This document shows, piece after piece, positions 39,101 through 49,321 of a stretch of DNA of 64,000 nucleotides. The stretch spans positions 1 through 64,000 of the IMG/VR virus record IMGVR_UViG_3300046804_004458; one strand, written 5' to 3'. The position numbers were made by a program, and so were the translations under genes. The number at the start of each line of letters is the position of its first letter. Position 1 is the first letter of the stretch. The DNA comes from a virus. The notes beneath the pieces were generated by a model, which was given only the letters and a program-made list of their open reading frames with translations, was not told the DNA's origin and made no database searches.

Positions 39101-42100
39101 TTTAAAATTGCCTGGTATCAGATACATCTTCTCATTTTTTTCTTTTACCCCCCTACCTGTAAAACCTTTAAACAGGTAAGCAGGTGCAAGTGCTCTTTTA
39201 TTATCTCCTGTAACAAGTTTTTCCTGTTTCATCATATCAATGAAACGGTCAACTTGCCCCATCCAGTAGTCATTAATTTGCTCCTTAATTGCTTTCTCAT
39301 CAAGTTTATACTCAGAATCTATTGCATTCTTTTCTATTTCTGCAGCAAGATCACCAAGCATCTTTTTTGTTTCATATAACTTAAGACCACGTAATTGGTC
39401 TACTTTATTAGGATCACCTGTATGATAGCCTTCTAAGATAGCTACAGGTTTACCATTTTCATCTTTGCCTGTTTCTATCTCTTTATTTACTTTAGCTATT
39501 CTATTTACTTCATCCAGTACTCTTTGATAAAGAATATTAAGAGCCTCCTCAGAGAGAGATGTTTTACCTTCTTTAGTTGAAACTGCCTGTACTACAGGTA
39601 GGTCTATAACATATCCTGCTTTTTTGGCCTCTACTGTTCTAATAAGATGTCCTACTTTATAAAAGAACTCATTAGGATCTGCCCCCATTACAACCTTAGC
39701 ATCTCTTCTTCTACTTATATCATACATTGCAAGCATGTATACAAGATTCTCTCTCCTAATAAAATCACCATAAACTACACCTTTTTCCTTCTTATCTCCG
39801 GTTACAGCCTTTTTAATACCTTCTACCATGTTAAGCTTAACACTCTTGTTCTTAACAAGGTGCATAAACTCATCACTGTCTAATAGATGTACAGTATTCT
39901 TTTCAACGTCATCCTGTATCTGAGCTATAACTTTAGGATCATTTAACTCTGTAACTGCTACATGATAAAAATTAGGATGTGTATGTGCGTATCTCAGTTC
40001 ACCATCTGAAGTAGTAAATGATATAGAGCCAATAGTTTCATCAAATATGCTATTGTTATCTGCAAGTTGTTTCAATAGGTTATATGCAGTATTATCTACA
40101 ACTTCTTCTTCCTGACCTTCTTCTACTATTTGTCCTTTCTCAAAAGGTGAAACACCATTAGAAAGAGGATTTTCAATAGATACACTAAGTATCTTTTCAT
40201 CAATTGGTACTATATCTCCAAATACAGCAATGAAGTTCTTCTGTTCTTTTGTAAGAGCATCTTCATTCTTTGCTTTGAGTATAGAGTATTTAATATAGTT
40301 AGGATGAAGATTTACACCAAAATTTTCTTTAAAAGCAGCACTTATGTTATTTGCTATACCACTAATTACCTTATTGTTTTGCTTCTTAGCAATTGCAGTT
40401 GTATTAGTTGCATTTCTAAATAAAGTAATTGCTTTGTTTTTTTGAACATACAGTTTATTAAATCCATCTTTTGTGCTTTCTCTTCTCATAAGATCTTCAT
40501 ATACTCTTGAGAAAGCATTTGACCAGTTTTGCACCTGTACAACAGAGCTATCTTTTGTATTTGCAAAAGTAGTTATTGCATTACCTGTAGCAGGATTAAG
40601 TTGTGTAAACAGGTAATTAGCAGCATATGAACTAAACCCTTTTAAGAACAGGTTTACTAACTCTTGGTTTTGAGTAAACTCTTTTGTTTCAGTATTATAA
40701 CCTGTAAGTTGTAGAAATCTGTTTATAACAGCTACTGAATGTTTGTTACCAGTTATCTTTTCTTCACCTGTTTTATCATCTACATCAGTATTCATGTCTT
40801 TGAACTGAAGTAGTTTCTCAACCTGTGCATCTGTACTACTGGTATTAGCAAGAAGCTTTAATACCCCATTATAAACATCAGCAGCATTTACTGCCTCTTT
40901 TATAGGTGTACCATCTGCATAATGTGTATTACCAAACTCATCTACTGCTACAGTAGTTGTACCAGCAATAAATCTACGTAGTTCCTGTGCTTTACCTTCA
41001 GGACCTGCTGATGCACCTGGGTCTTTTTTATCAAATTTATCAGAAGACCTTGGTCCATATGTATCTGTTAACTTATCATCTTGAATAGTATCAAGAGTTA
41101 CCTGGTATCCAAGTATTTTTAATGAAGAAGCAACTGCATCTTTAATAGCATTTCTTGTTTCTGTTTTAGAAAAAATGTTATGCATATTAAACACCCTTCT
41201 TATATAATCTTTTGCTTCTGCAGGATTATTTATCTTAGATTGAACTTCAAAATACCTTGGTCTACGTGGGTTATAAGTGTCCTTGTATTTATCAAGAATA
41301 CCATTTAGTATAGCTTTACTGTTGTACTCTTTAAGATCCTTATTCCTTATTTCTTGGTCAAACAGTGCTGTAATAGTAGAAACTAATCTATCTGCTTCTT
41401 TTTGTGGCAGGTGCCTATCAACTTCTATTGTTTTACCATTAGGAAGTACAACCTCATCTGTGCCTATTTTAATTACTTTACAGGCAGGTATAGTAAAACC
41501 AAGAGGATTATTTCTTACATCTTCTGTATAGCTATTACTTTGAACAGTACTATTTTTATACTTGCCTTCATCTATATCTCTAAAAAGAGTTTGAAGATCA
41601 GAAGGAGTAAACTTCTTAAAGAAGTTTTTAACAAACCTGATAAGGGTTTCAAAGAAACCTTTAATACCAGGAGAAACAGGAGCATTTTTATTCATCATAT
41701 AGGTATCAAACCTATCTGCCATTTTTTCTTCCAGGTAAAGTTCTTCAAGTTGTTTTCTTGACAACTCCATATTTTCAGGAGTAAGAGAACGTAATTCCTT
41801 AAGTGCTTTTTCTGTTATAGGGAACATTGTTCTTGCCTCTGCAAGAAGTGCATCTATCTGAGTTTGTGTAAGCAATAAACGGAATACACTATGGAAAGCT
41901 TCATGGTATTTAAAAGGACTTTCTTTTGCAACTCTTATAACACCTTCTATTTGACGAAGTTTATTAAGCTTTGCAATAAACTCACCTACTGTAACTTTAT
42001 TCTCCTGTAAATTGGTTACAAGAGTATTCATTTCCTCTGTAGTTATAATATCCTGAGGAAGTTTTTCCTTAACCCATTTAACAAATGTGTCTATATTTTC

Positions 42101-45100
42101 TACAGACTTTGCACTGAATACAGGTGAGCCTTTAATTATTTTATATGCTTTTTTACCAGTTTCATCTTGTTTTTCTAATTCATCTAAAAATGCATTGTAA
42201 CCTTCTAGTGTATTTGTATTAATATCTTCTAACTTTGTAGTTACAGGTTCAGCATTAGGGTTAACAACTTGCTGAGATGTAGGTGTATTTGGCTCAACTA
42301 CAGATCCTGCCCCTTTAGTAGTTTTATTTTGTTTAACATTTCTTTTTATGGTATTGGCTTGATCATCAACACCGGGCATCTCATTGACAATATTGATACC
42401 CAACTGCACATTACTTACCACCTGTGGTATCTTGATATCGGTTGTCATTGCCATTAATGCAGGAAGCAACTTAGGATCATTTGGGGCTAAAGGCACCTGC
42501 TCCTTCATATTTTTCTGCTCAATATGAGGTATTTCAGGCATTGTCTTTTTTGCATTGATAGTGTCCAATGCAACATTTACTCTAGATATAAAATCCTGTA
42601 TGTTTTCAAAATGAACAGCTTTACCATCAGGTTGCCTAATTTCTGCAAACTCTACTTTCTTACCTGTAGTTTGATGCACTACTGTAATACCAAGTTTTTT
42701 ACCGGCAGGTATTCCTTGTGCAGGGTTACCTGGGTCCAAAGTAAGATATACCTTTAAACCTTTCTTATCTGCATTTTCTTCAAACACATTGTATGCAGGA
42801 AATATCTCACGTAGTTTAGCATTTACGGCTTTAATATCATCCTTAGTAGCCTTATCACTATAAGCTTTAGCAGCTTGTTCATTTATAAGATTAAGTGTAT
42901 TTGCTACCTCTGCATCACTTAATGTTCTATGGTTAAGCTGTATCCAATAAGAATGCCCACTAGGGAATTTGATAAGTGCACTATATGCCCCTTCATAAGA
43001 ACTTTTTGATAAAGCATTTGCAGGTACATCTTCTTCACTACCAAATACAAATGAGGAACCTGTATCAGTATTTCTTTTAATAATAGGTGTACCACCTTCA
43101 CCTTCTCTGTTATAAAGAAGTTCACTAAGTGCTATACCTTTAGGGTAAACATTATTAACTGGTTCTACAAATGCAAGTTCACCTGCACCAACTGTAAACT
43201 TCATTAAACTTTCAAGATCTGTACCTGTAAGCTTAATGCTAGTTTTACCACTTCTTTGTAGTCTACCATTAAGAGCAGTAATTAATCTGTTTGTTTCAGG
43301 TGAGTATGCAGGGCTTTTTACATCACTAGTAATAAATCCTACTTTAACACCATCTATGTAAAAATATATGTTGTATGGATTTTTAGGTTTACCTGTAGGG
43401 GTAAACTCTAATGTAATCTTATCATAAACATTTTCAGGAGTAAGTGTAACATACAACTTGGTTCTTTCTTGTTTTGCTTTTTCTTCATAGACATCTTTTA
43501 TTTGTTTAGGAAGATAAGATCTACCATCTTTAGGATTAGTGTTTGCATCCTGTCTTTGTTTTGGTGTTTTTCCACCATCATTCCAAATAGCATCATCTGC
43601 CCAAGCAGCATCAAAATCAATAAATGGAACAAGAGTAAGTTGAGTTGAAGAGTAAGTACGTGGAGTAGGTACAACTTCATCTATATCAGAATCCTCTGGC
43701 TCAAACTCTTCTTCTTTTTCCTCTTCTTCTGTTTGTTCAGGAGAAAGATATTTATCATATTCCCCTTTCAGATACTTTTCTGCTACTCTATCTTCACTAC
43801 CCTGGTCTTTACCTGTTCTGCTTAAGACATAACCTTTACCATCTTCAGGTAATTCAAGGCCTATCATGGTGGATAAACTATCTGTTATTTTCTTAGCAAG
43901 TTCAGAAACCTGTTTTACATCTACTTTTGGTGTAACAGGAGCAGTACCCATTACATAAGGAATAAGAGCCTTCTCTTGTTCTGAAAGTATCAGACCTATC
44001 TTTTCAAGTCTTTCTACTATCTCAGGTGTAACTTCAAAAGTTACCCCTTCTTCTGTACCTGTAGTTACTTCTTCTGGTTCTGCACCTTCTTCTATATGTT
44101 CAGAAATATCAGCACCTTCTATTTTAGCTAATTCTTTATTAATATAGTCATTAACAAGTTGTTCTGCTTGTTCTTTAGTATCTGTTATTAAATGCCTTGT
44201 GCTACGCATTATAACAAATTTGTTACCAAGAATAGAAGTACGTTTTGTTACAGGATTATAAAACTCTTTTTGTGGAAAATATTTTATACTTTTAAATAAC
44301 CTATCCTGTTCCATTTTAATAAGCTGCTCTGCTCTTTCTTCAGGTGTAAGAGTTTTAAGGTCTAAAAGCTTTTCGTCATGTGCTTTATCAATTTTATTAA
44401 GACCTTCTACATGGGCAGCAAGTGCCTTTTTGTACTCTTCTTCGGTAATGAGTTCTTTCCAATTGGTAAGAAATTTATTTTCATTTTCATTTGTAACACG
44501 TTCCCCCTGTTTATTGACATAGTAACTAAGATGATTAGGTATTTTATTATACTTTGTAGCAAATATACTTCTTACAAAATGCTCATAAGTAGATGTATTA
44601 TCTAAGACATAAGCAAAGTCATCATTTGACAGTTGGGAAAGATCAGGATTTGCAAAAAATTGCTTTAAGCCAAAAGTTTTATTAAACTTTTTAATAGCTT
44701 CCTGTCTTGCTACAAATATTCTTCTCTCTGCAGGTGTCATCTCCTTAGTACCTGGATAGTTTTTTTCTACCCATGCTCTAAGTGCAGCATTTGCTTCTTC
44801 TACTGTTTTGTAAGGATAGTATTTATCAATTACATCTATTCTGAAGTCACTATCTGATAGTTTACTTACATGAGGATTATTAGGAAGATTAGGAAATGAA
44901 ACCATCTCATCTATTGTTACTGCCCTTGGTTTAGGTTTTATTTCAGCAACAACAGTTCCCATTTCATCTGCTGCTTCTTCCGGGGTCATAGTTTCAGCCT
45001 CTAAATCTGACCTTAAGCTTTCTAACTTCTCCTTTACCTCAGGATGTGCATTGAGATACTCCTGTGCTTCAGGACTAAGAGATGTAGGAGCAGGTGCAGT

Positions 45101-48100
45101 AGTAATGGTAGAACTAGGAGCTGTAGGTTCTGTAGTTGTAGTACCAGTAGTAGATAAGGATATTCCTTCATCTTCAGCATACCCTTCTATTTCTTCTATT
45201 ATCTGTTCTTTTGAGCCTCTTATATCCAAAGGATTATAGGAAGTAAGTGCACCTGTAGCAAGTACCTCATCCATCATTTTTTGAAGGTCAACAGGTTTTC
45301 CATTAATTCTAACCACTATTGATTTACCTGCTACAGGTGCAGCGGTACTTTGTGGTAAAGGTTCTGTAGGCACAGGCTTACCTGTTGCACTATAGAAGGC
45401 AAGTATTTCACTCTTTATCTTATCTTCGTCAGCAGGTGTACCAACACTTTCCTCCTCTTCAGGACTACGTGATCCTGCTTCAGGAGTTTGGTGTTTTTCT
45501 TCTTCTTCAAGACCACTTTCTTCAAGTGCTCTTAGTGCTGTTTGTAAATACTTAATGTGTTCTTTTAGCTTTGATATATTCTCTTCCTGCTGTTTACGTA
45601 TATCTCCTGTAAACAGTCCTCTTGCAAACTTGTCTCTTTGTTCAGTAAGGTCTTTAATAGCTAAATTAGTATCACCTATTTTTTTCTCAAGCCTTTCAAG
45701 TTCTGCCTTATAATTATCTTGAAGTTCTTCCGGTAATTCTGCCCCTTCAGTAAACTGATATATAAATACATTTAACTCATCAATCAGCCTTTGAGTAGAA
45801 GCTACTATACCATAATGGTATTTAAGATTTTCATCTATAGCTTTAAGTTGTTCTTGTCCATAGGCTATTTGTGCATCTAAATTAGAAATACTTAAATCAG
45901 GACGTAAAATGTCACCAACTAACCCCTTGAGCAATTTCTTTTTTTCCTTGCTTATCTCTTCAAATGAAGCAGTAGATTGTTCAAGTTCAGTTATAGCAGC
46001 ACCATATGCAGCTTTGAGATACTCAAGCCTTTTCAGTGACTTCTTAATAGCTGTTTTTTCTTTTTCAAGAGACTTGATATTTTGTTTAATAGACTTTACT
46101 TCCTGTGTAAGGTTTCTTACAAGTTCCTGTGCAGCTTTTCTTGTTTCTTTTTGACTTTTATCAGTAGTAGCTAGTATCTCTTTATGCCTAACCAACTCTT
46201 CCTGTATCTTAATAATACTATCTTTTGCAGAAGTAAGTTCTGCTTCATTAGCAGTTACCCTGTCCAAAAGGTCAGTTATCTCCTGTTCTGTTTTACCAAG
46301 AAGATTACGAAGTGTTTTTTGTTGTTTGAGGTTACCTGTCCTTTCTCTTTCTTTCTGCTCCTCAGCAGTAAGGATATCTTCAACAGGTACACCTGTTACT
46401 GCAGATATTCTGTTTTTAATTTCTTTCATATGCTTATCATGCAAATCTGCACTTGTAGCATACATGGCATCTTTTGCTTTATTGTAGAGAAGATTAAAAC
46501 CTCTAGGATCAGAAATAACATTCAGAGCACTTACATAGTTACCATGATCCCTATTAAGTTTATCATAGTCCATAAGAAGGTCAAATGCTTTTCTCATTTC
46601 CCTCTTATCTGCTATAGGTGCACCTTTAGTAAACTGTGCATTGATAGCTTGCATATAACCATTATGTGCATCCATCATTTTCTGCATAGCATTATACATA
46701 CCGGTATCACCTTGTATAAAAGGTGTGGTCTTTCTAAATGCTTCTTCTGCCCCTCTGGCTTTGTAATCCTGAAGTATCTTATAATTACGTACCCACTGCT
46801 CAAGGTGTTTTATCTGCTCTTGTGTACTGGTAATTTGAGCTGATACATCTTTATCTTTTTCAAGGCCTTTATAGTTCTCAAGCTGCTCTTGAAGTTGACC
46901 CAACTCATATTCAGCATTTGCAATATTTCCTAGTATCTCAAATGTCTTATTTGCAGAAGAACCTAAAGAAGGTAATGCTGCTGCCTGAGATCTTAACTCT
47001 ACAGCTCTTTCTATAGTCTTATCTGCATGATAAGAAGTAGTAGCAAGTAACTGTATTGCCTCATCAAGTGACCTTTTAGCCATTCTTGCTTTTACATACT
47101 CTTTAGGATCATGTGCATATAGTTCTGATTGTACAAGATGTCCAAACTCATCCATTAATCTTTCATGAGTATCATGGTATTTTTCTATCTCTCTTACAAT
47201 TGATTCAGTATATGCCTTTGCAGATATTTTATTTTCCCCGGTAGCTTTTAAACCAAAAGCTTGTTCAAACTGTTCATCTGTAAGTCTTTCACCAAATTCT
47301 TTAATACTATCCCTAAAAGATTCATAGTTGCCTGTTTTAATAGCAACTGCTACTGCATTAGTAAATGCATCATCTTTTGCATTATTAAATTCATACTTAT
47401 CACCATCAGTTAAAGCACTTGCTATATTCTGATCAGCTTTACCCTGTACCTTTATACCTGCAATATGTTCAGATAATGATTTTTTAGGGTCATTGTACCA
47501 GGTATTAAGAATGTTTTGACTATCCTGAAGCATCTTTTTATGGGCATCTACTTCTCCTTTATATTGAGAGTTAATACCGGCATTTGCTTTTCTGAAACTT
47601 TGCATAACCCCGGCCTGCATAGGATTTATAAACAACCCAGTAGCAGCTCCCATAAGGAATGTCTGCCAGCCTTCCATGCTTAATTGAGATTGTAAACCTT
47701 TACCCCAATCAGCAGCAGTAATATCTTTTAATAAATTACCACCTTGTATGTCTTTGCCCCCATCATAAAGATTTTTATAGTAGTCCCTAAATGTGTTGTC
47801 GGAAGTATTTTGAAGGATTTCCTGCAGACCTTCCATTACCTCTAATTTACCAGACCTTTTTCCTACCTGCCACAAAGCAGTACCAAGGCCAAAATCTTTT
47901 CTTATCTGGTTAAAATTAGAAAGAGCACCAAAGGTACCTTTTACATAAGCCTGTGTTGCTTTTTGCCCTTCTTTTAAACCACCACCTTCAACTGCACCTG
48001 TAATGTCTCTTCTTAACTTGCCTGTAATACTATATACTTCCCCCTCACCTTTTTCAAGTGCTTCTCTCATAAGTCTGGAAGAGGAACCAAACTTATTCAT

Positions 48101-49312
48101 GATATTACCAAACTCTAACTGGTTGAATGCCATTAACAAACCAGTATTGGCACCAAAGTTATCAGTAGCTGCTGCATATGAGGTCTTTCTAATTCTTTCT
48201 AAATCCTTACCAGCAGGTAATTCACCATTATGTTTTTCCTGCCAATCATTTATAAAATCTCCATACATCTGCCCGTAAGTATTGGCAGCTTCAAACCTTG
48301 CTTCAGTTGTAGCAGTATTAAGTGCAGCAAGAGTTCTTGTTACCCCACCTACCCCCATAGCAGCTAACTGGTAGGCAGATGCACCTGCCTCTTTTGCTTG
48401 TAAAAGCCCTTTTAATCCTGTAACATCTTTAAATTGGTCTGCACTCCACGATGCAGCATCTTTTGTATAATCCCATAAGTTTTTAGACAGCCCCTTTATT
48501 GAAGTGGGATCAGTCATTTTTCTCATAGCATTTATCTTTTCTCCGGTAGTAGCTATTTGGTTACTTTTTTCAGCAACGGACATCATGTTTTTTACATCTT
48601 CTGCACCTTCTACCCCCTTAGCTAACCATCCTGCACCTTTAGCAACAGCACCAAGTCCTTCTCCTATACCCCAGGTAAGTGCCATCTCACTAAGAAACTG
48701 GGCACCTGCTCCAACAGAAAAACCTGCTTGTTGGATCATGTCACCTATAAATTCTCTATTAAATATACCAAATCCAGTTTCTTTTTCAGGTCCTTTAAAA
48801 ATAGCATATTTATTGGATATTGCTTTTTGTTCTTCATCTTTTTGCATTAACTCTTCAGGTGAACCTGCAAGTCTTTGCATAAAAGATTGGTCACTTGTCC
48901 AGTTAAATAAAGCATTACCTATGTTAGCCCATCCTTTCCATCCTTCTACAAAAGTACTTTTAGCAAGACCAAATCCACCACCAACAGCCCTATCTAATAC
49001 ATCTCCCCAGGTTTGTACCCTTTCATATTTTAGCTCATTGTCTGCATATGGGTCAAATCCTTCAGTTACAAAGTGTCTACTTTGTGTGTATCTGTCTGCC
49101 TGGGTTTTCTCCCAATCAAAAGGTATAGGAGCCATTTTTGTTTCTAGTGATTCTCCTTGACCTAAGTAGTCATCAAACCCACTGCTATTTACATCTCTGG
49201 ATTGACTTTCCATTGATGGGTATGGAATATTAGGAGTATTAGGAACAACATTAGTGTTGTCAATATTAGACTCATTAGATGGTAATGAGAGATAATCTGC
49301 GAAACCTGACAT
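33134..49312 (-). CDS. Giant (5392 aa) virion-packaged RNA polymerase polyprotein
   Basis: GTDFDLDK catalytic loop (37397-37411), VRIP, TDNAK, zincin HEAFH (41891-41905), hydrophobic N-terminal segments, C-terminal ASCH-like and macro-like modules. Confidence 0.9.
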   Translation of the reverse strand: MSGFADYLSLPSNESNIDNTNVVPNTPNIPYPSMESQSRDVNSSGFDDYLGQGESLETKMAPIPFDWEKTQADRYTQSRHFVTEGFDPYADNELKYERVQTWGDVLDRAVGGGFGLAKSTFVEGWKGWANIGNALFNWTSDQSFMQRLAGSPEELMQKDEEQKAISNKYAIFKGPEKETGFGIFNREFIGDMIQQAGFSVGAGAQFLSEMALTWGIGEGLGAVAKGAGWLAKGVEGAEDVKNMMSVAEKSNQIATTGEKINAMRKMTDPTSIKGLSKNLWDYTKDAASWSADQFKDVTGLKGLLQAKEAGASAYQLAAMGVGGVTRTLAALNTATTEARFEAANTYGQMYGDFINDWQEKHNGELPAGKDLERIRKTSYAAATDNFGANTGLLMAFNQLEFGNIMNKFGSSSRLMREALEKGEGEVYSITGKLRRDITGAVEGGGLKEGQKATQAYVKGTFGALSNFNQIRKDFGLGTALWQVGKRSGKLEVMEGLQEILQNTSDNTFRDYYKNLYDGGKDIQGGNLLKDITAADWGKGLQSQLSMEGWQTFLMGAATGLFINPMQAGVMQSFRKANAGINSQYKGEVDAHKKMLQDSQNILNTWYNDPKKSLSEHIAGIKVQGKADQNIASALTDGDKYEFNNAKDDAFTNAVAVAIKTGNYESFRDSIKEFGERLTDEQFEQAFGLKATGENKISAKAYTESIVREIEKYHDTHERLMDEFGHLVQSELYAHDPKEYVKARMAKRSLDEAIQLLATTSYHADKTIERAVELRSQAAALPSLGSSANKTFEILGNIANAEYELGQLQEQLENYKGLEKDKDVSAQITSTQEQIKHLEQWVRNYKILQDYKARGAEEAFRKTTPFIQGDTGMYNAMQKMMDAHNGYMQAINAQFTKGAPIADKREMRKAFDLLMDYDKLNRDHGNYVSALNVISDPRGFNLLYNKAKDAMYATSADLHDKHMKEIKNRISAVTGVPVEDILTAEEQKERERTGNLKQQKTLRNLLGKTEQEITDLLDRVTANEAELTSAKDSIIKIQEELVRHKEILATTDKSQKETRKAAQELVRNLTQEVKSIKQNIKSLEKEKTAIKKSLKRLEYLKAAYGAAITELEQSTASFEEISKEKKKLLKGLVGDILRPDLSISNLDAQIAYGQEQLKAIDENLKYHYGIVASTQRLIDELNVFIYQFTEGAELPEELQDNYKAELERLEKKIGDTNLAIKDLTEQRDKFARGLFTGDIRKQQEENISKLKEHIKYLQTALRALEESGLEEEEKHQTPEAGSRSPEEEESVGTPADEDKIKSEILAFYSATGKPVPTEPLPQSTAAPVAGKSIVVRINGKPVDLQKMMDEVLATGALTSYNPLDIRGSKEQIIEEIEGYAEDEGISLSTTGTTTTEPTAPSSTITTAPAPTSLSPEAQEYLNAHPEVKEKLESLRSDLEAETMTPEEAADEMGTVVAEIKPKPRAVTIDEMVSFPNLPNNPHVSKLSDSDFRIDVIDKYYPYKTVEEANAALRAWVEKNYPGTKEMTPAERRIFVARQEAIKKFNKTFGLKQFFANPDLSQLSNDDFAYVLDNTSTYEHFVRSIFATKYNKIPNHLSYYVNKQGERVTNENENKFLTNWKELITEEEYKKALAAHVEGLNKIDKAHDEKLLDLKTLTPEERAEQLIKMEQDRLFKSIKYFPQKEFYNPVTKRTSILGNKFVIMRSTRHLITDTKEQAEQLVNDYINKELAKIEGADISEHIEEGAEPEEVTTGTEEGVTFEVTPEIVERLEKIGLILSEQEKALIPYVMGTAPVTPKVDVKQVSELAKKITDSLSTMIGLELPEDGKGYVLSRTGKDQGSEDRVAEKYLKGEYDKYLSPEQTEEEEKEEEFEPEDSDIDEVVPTPRTYSSTQLTLVPFIDFDAAWADDAIWNDGGKTPKQRQDANTNPKDGRSYLPKQIKDVYEEKAKQERTKLYVTLTPENVYDKITLEFTPTGKPKNPYNIYFYIDGVKVGFITSDVKSPAYSPETNRLITALNGRLQRSGKTSIKLTGTDLESLMKFTVGAGELAFVEPVNNVYPKGIALSELLYNREGEGGTPIIKRNTDTGSSFVFGSEEDVPANALSKSSYEGAYSALIKFPSGHSYWIQLNHRTLSDAEVANTLNLINEQAAKAYSDKATKDDIKAVNAKLREIFPAYNVFEENADKKGLKVYLTLDPGNPAQGIPAGKKLGITVVHQTTGKKVEFAEIRQPDGKAVHFENIQDFISRVNVALDTINAKKTMPEIPHIEQKNMKEQVPLAPNDPKLLPALMAMTTDIKIPQVVSNVQLGINIVNEMPGVDDQANTIKRNVKQNKTTKGAGSVVEPNTPTSQQVVNPNAEPVTTKLEDINTNTLEGYNAFLDELEKQDETGKKAYKIIKGSPVFSAKSVENIDTFVKWVKEKLPQDIITTEEMNTLVTNLQENKVTVGEFIAKLNKLRQIEGVIRVAKESPFKYHEAFHSVFRLLLTQTQIDALLAEARTMFPITEKALKELRSLTPENMELSRKQLEELYLEEKMADRFDTYMMNKNAPVSPGIKGFFETLIRFVKNFFKKFTPSDLQTLFRDIDEGKYKNSTVQSNSYTEDVRNNPLGFTIPACKVIKIGTDEVVLPNGKTIEVDRHLPQKEADRLVSTITALFDQEIRNKDLKEYNSKAILNGILDKYKDTYNPRRPRYFEVQSKINNPAEAKDYIRRVFNMHNIFSKTETRNAIKDAVASSLKILGYQVTLDTIQDDKLTDTYGPRSSDKFDKKDPGASAGPEGKAQELRRFIAGTTTVAVDEFGNTHYADGTPIKEAVNAADVYNGVLKLLANTSSTDAQVEKLLQFKDMNTDVDDKTGEEKITGNKHSVAVINRFLQLTGYNTETKEFTQNQELVNLFLKGFSSYAANYLFTQLNPATGNAITTFANTKDSSVVQVQNWSNAFSRVYEDLMRRESTKDGFNKLYVQKNKAITLFRNATNTTAIAKKQNNKVISGIANNISAAFKENFGVNLHPNYIKYSILKAKNEDALTKEQKNFIAVFGDIVPIDEKILSVSIENPLSNGVSPFEKGQIVEEGQEEEVVDNTAYNLLKQLADNNSIFDETIGSISFTTSDGELRYAHTHPNFYHVAVTELNDPKVIAQIQDDVEKNTVHLLDSDEFMHLVKNKSVKLNMVEGIKKAVTGDKKEKGVVYGDFIRRENLVYMLAMYDISRRRDAKVVMGADPNEFFYKVGHLIRTVEAKKAGYVIDLPVVQAVSTKEGKTSLSEEALNILYQRVLDEVNRIAKVNKEIETGKDENGKPVAILEGYHTGDPNKVDQLRGLKLYETKKMLGDLAAEIEKNAIDSEYKLDEKAIKEQINDYWMGQVDRFIDMMKQEKLVTGDNKRALAPAYLFKGFTGRGVKEKNEKMYLIPGNFKHNIAQVFMNDFLNTSAVNRLLHGDEARSFKLFVDQVKRAAGANAAGPSIESSVTKPEWGIEHKLQTIHHITYQDTLFRKRTGKTGDQDDGQMYCTEKGLRYMLFGMGTLKQVQVDILNKIKNGDKVTKEEFFKAGGIQDMKAAFNPMKMVYFDGNTYLKCSVHVLAKEYTSYKDKDGNWQARPGKEKLHLLRNKLEKFEKANQTITFAHPQSVSKGMQKNVVKEGNGKSAIENIEDRHFNALPARYMRQQLENPSGKTSMTDPTQKLQQIFAEIPADSKVFLNGKEISGKEAVNNYLDLIAKRLANSYKMKRNAIFDLKDAFNEIGKSYEKGQITPKLTEFYDLCYDNLLATGADSQTLEFFRTKDDEIQYNLNFPATLQKYTQLFLAYFSNGALSAKIPGLTLTLTSNAHHKVVKRLISVDEEGQPKEWEVITTEMFDADPEKYTKSLIRYTPDEDGTILKRKFTGLADKLATGKPVYYLDDLRDNVGVYNEKGERVETYSEYITASHYEQADDSAVESSFSVRIPSDDKHSYTNSRRVDTFPIWMGSTGMFPQEIMEKSGTDFDLDKVYVSIPDTYVIGDKRVAYGTAITDEDKFKEYVAWQLENNKSLKAYVKKEMLSDAVQDTIAELKFTEEQQSHLIERITGNVAALFDAQNKKFDSYLLTTKEGEEKKISTDIGLLYQRRKDLLKQFTEGAKKAEELQIFIEKELLEAKAFYIKEGLKKFGLPVTLKEFIAAGSENVNNGVINNKVLQSSQSLLSSEAIAGGENPILNQPTSVDMLDNFGKMLKRELIDAESQYAKDFLDRIEDTKEDTNSMLGKEISRDTNAQGRENIGAAANAVINYSVNSTFKVPIKGNHIIIDGKQYNNYGNLKAWDGKEFNGERVFAALSAIENAMTDNAKYSYSGKYGLSIGAVGYLSNMVSQGIPFETAMLFIVQPTVQEYFKRVANIKSSIKTEQEEDLTKAKILAELEADIDIQTTKRLKKAEGTEELLGAATSRERMLHNIKNNIMSSEMLDILKVIDKQSIDLMDFSKILKITQGLPTSWEEFDDIKKAMDKFGILDSATEEKDLTIDVKHMMNNDHKFMAQYIQVFKDIDNLSKSIFVERTDEFNRLMDVTVGNFNVPLAEKNNFNKTIKNDLLSYMTIMAYKQYLKEEGLTTYLTSLDHAMIYPEALAAKTDYEDAIYIVQNLKAKFDKENTPNYFINYFLNCVDADKNSAGLNKVEANTWAKLSEYQQEKVMDGFISLYSNKETHLDAVGLFHYLLVKDGGQFKSGSFVRYIHNGIFKNLLDQAGKVNDLLSTGKKNEEEYRKVFGATSEELLDGFLKSYATFIGNKKFLKECSISADINNQNSPIYRDKETGTVYVDYKKGLPFKEKGKEYTEEEEEAISEKRKDRLFYMALNGFEGEWVETTDKKGKKVSRFKMNFPYSMIINGQFYILKSVDREKSAGEQNPSSLIQVGDSMAQGERAQYVKGQLRGSSEGWGGSGVFGKMPIRGEIVEQPKQNITNPPYSSDAPGGKEVKTKTETVVDTGKEEGYDSTTPLGSKRNPYTIAMNLKDGDGGREMRPEFKGKSTMDLILSGDRTATSRDMTEKYNNVPLKEGNYVEFADKSGRKALVQVVSPWYSIKEIDKDTWSELEGWAPSLYTKLLKKPGANYQQMEFKLVSTSKGPELDIDSMNDKDAIDTLRDQFGLTVFMIGTKGKYGITNEKGQTFTREGVTPQQMLEALVKQQTTPAQAPVTIPSIQKPVPTKTSVEITKGNYTRQEVQNNPNSAYVFTENTHSITAFPNKQGGGSAIIRPEPNAFAVVTKKKYDYNTKENVDYTDTPENFKEFVEINTKLIQDLKNSGKSKIVFPQGFATDKATMPKRFAEWLQKSLLDNFGLVTELNATKTGLISKSVQTIEEKAVVKPTEPVVVSLQGKEELIGGAFTANELNNFYLEHKSLKKDKALTSAEFKQAVIDYTSAPWYNDVKTPKEIEEITNNIKCL

Positions 49313-49321
49313 GTGTATTAT

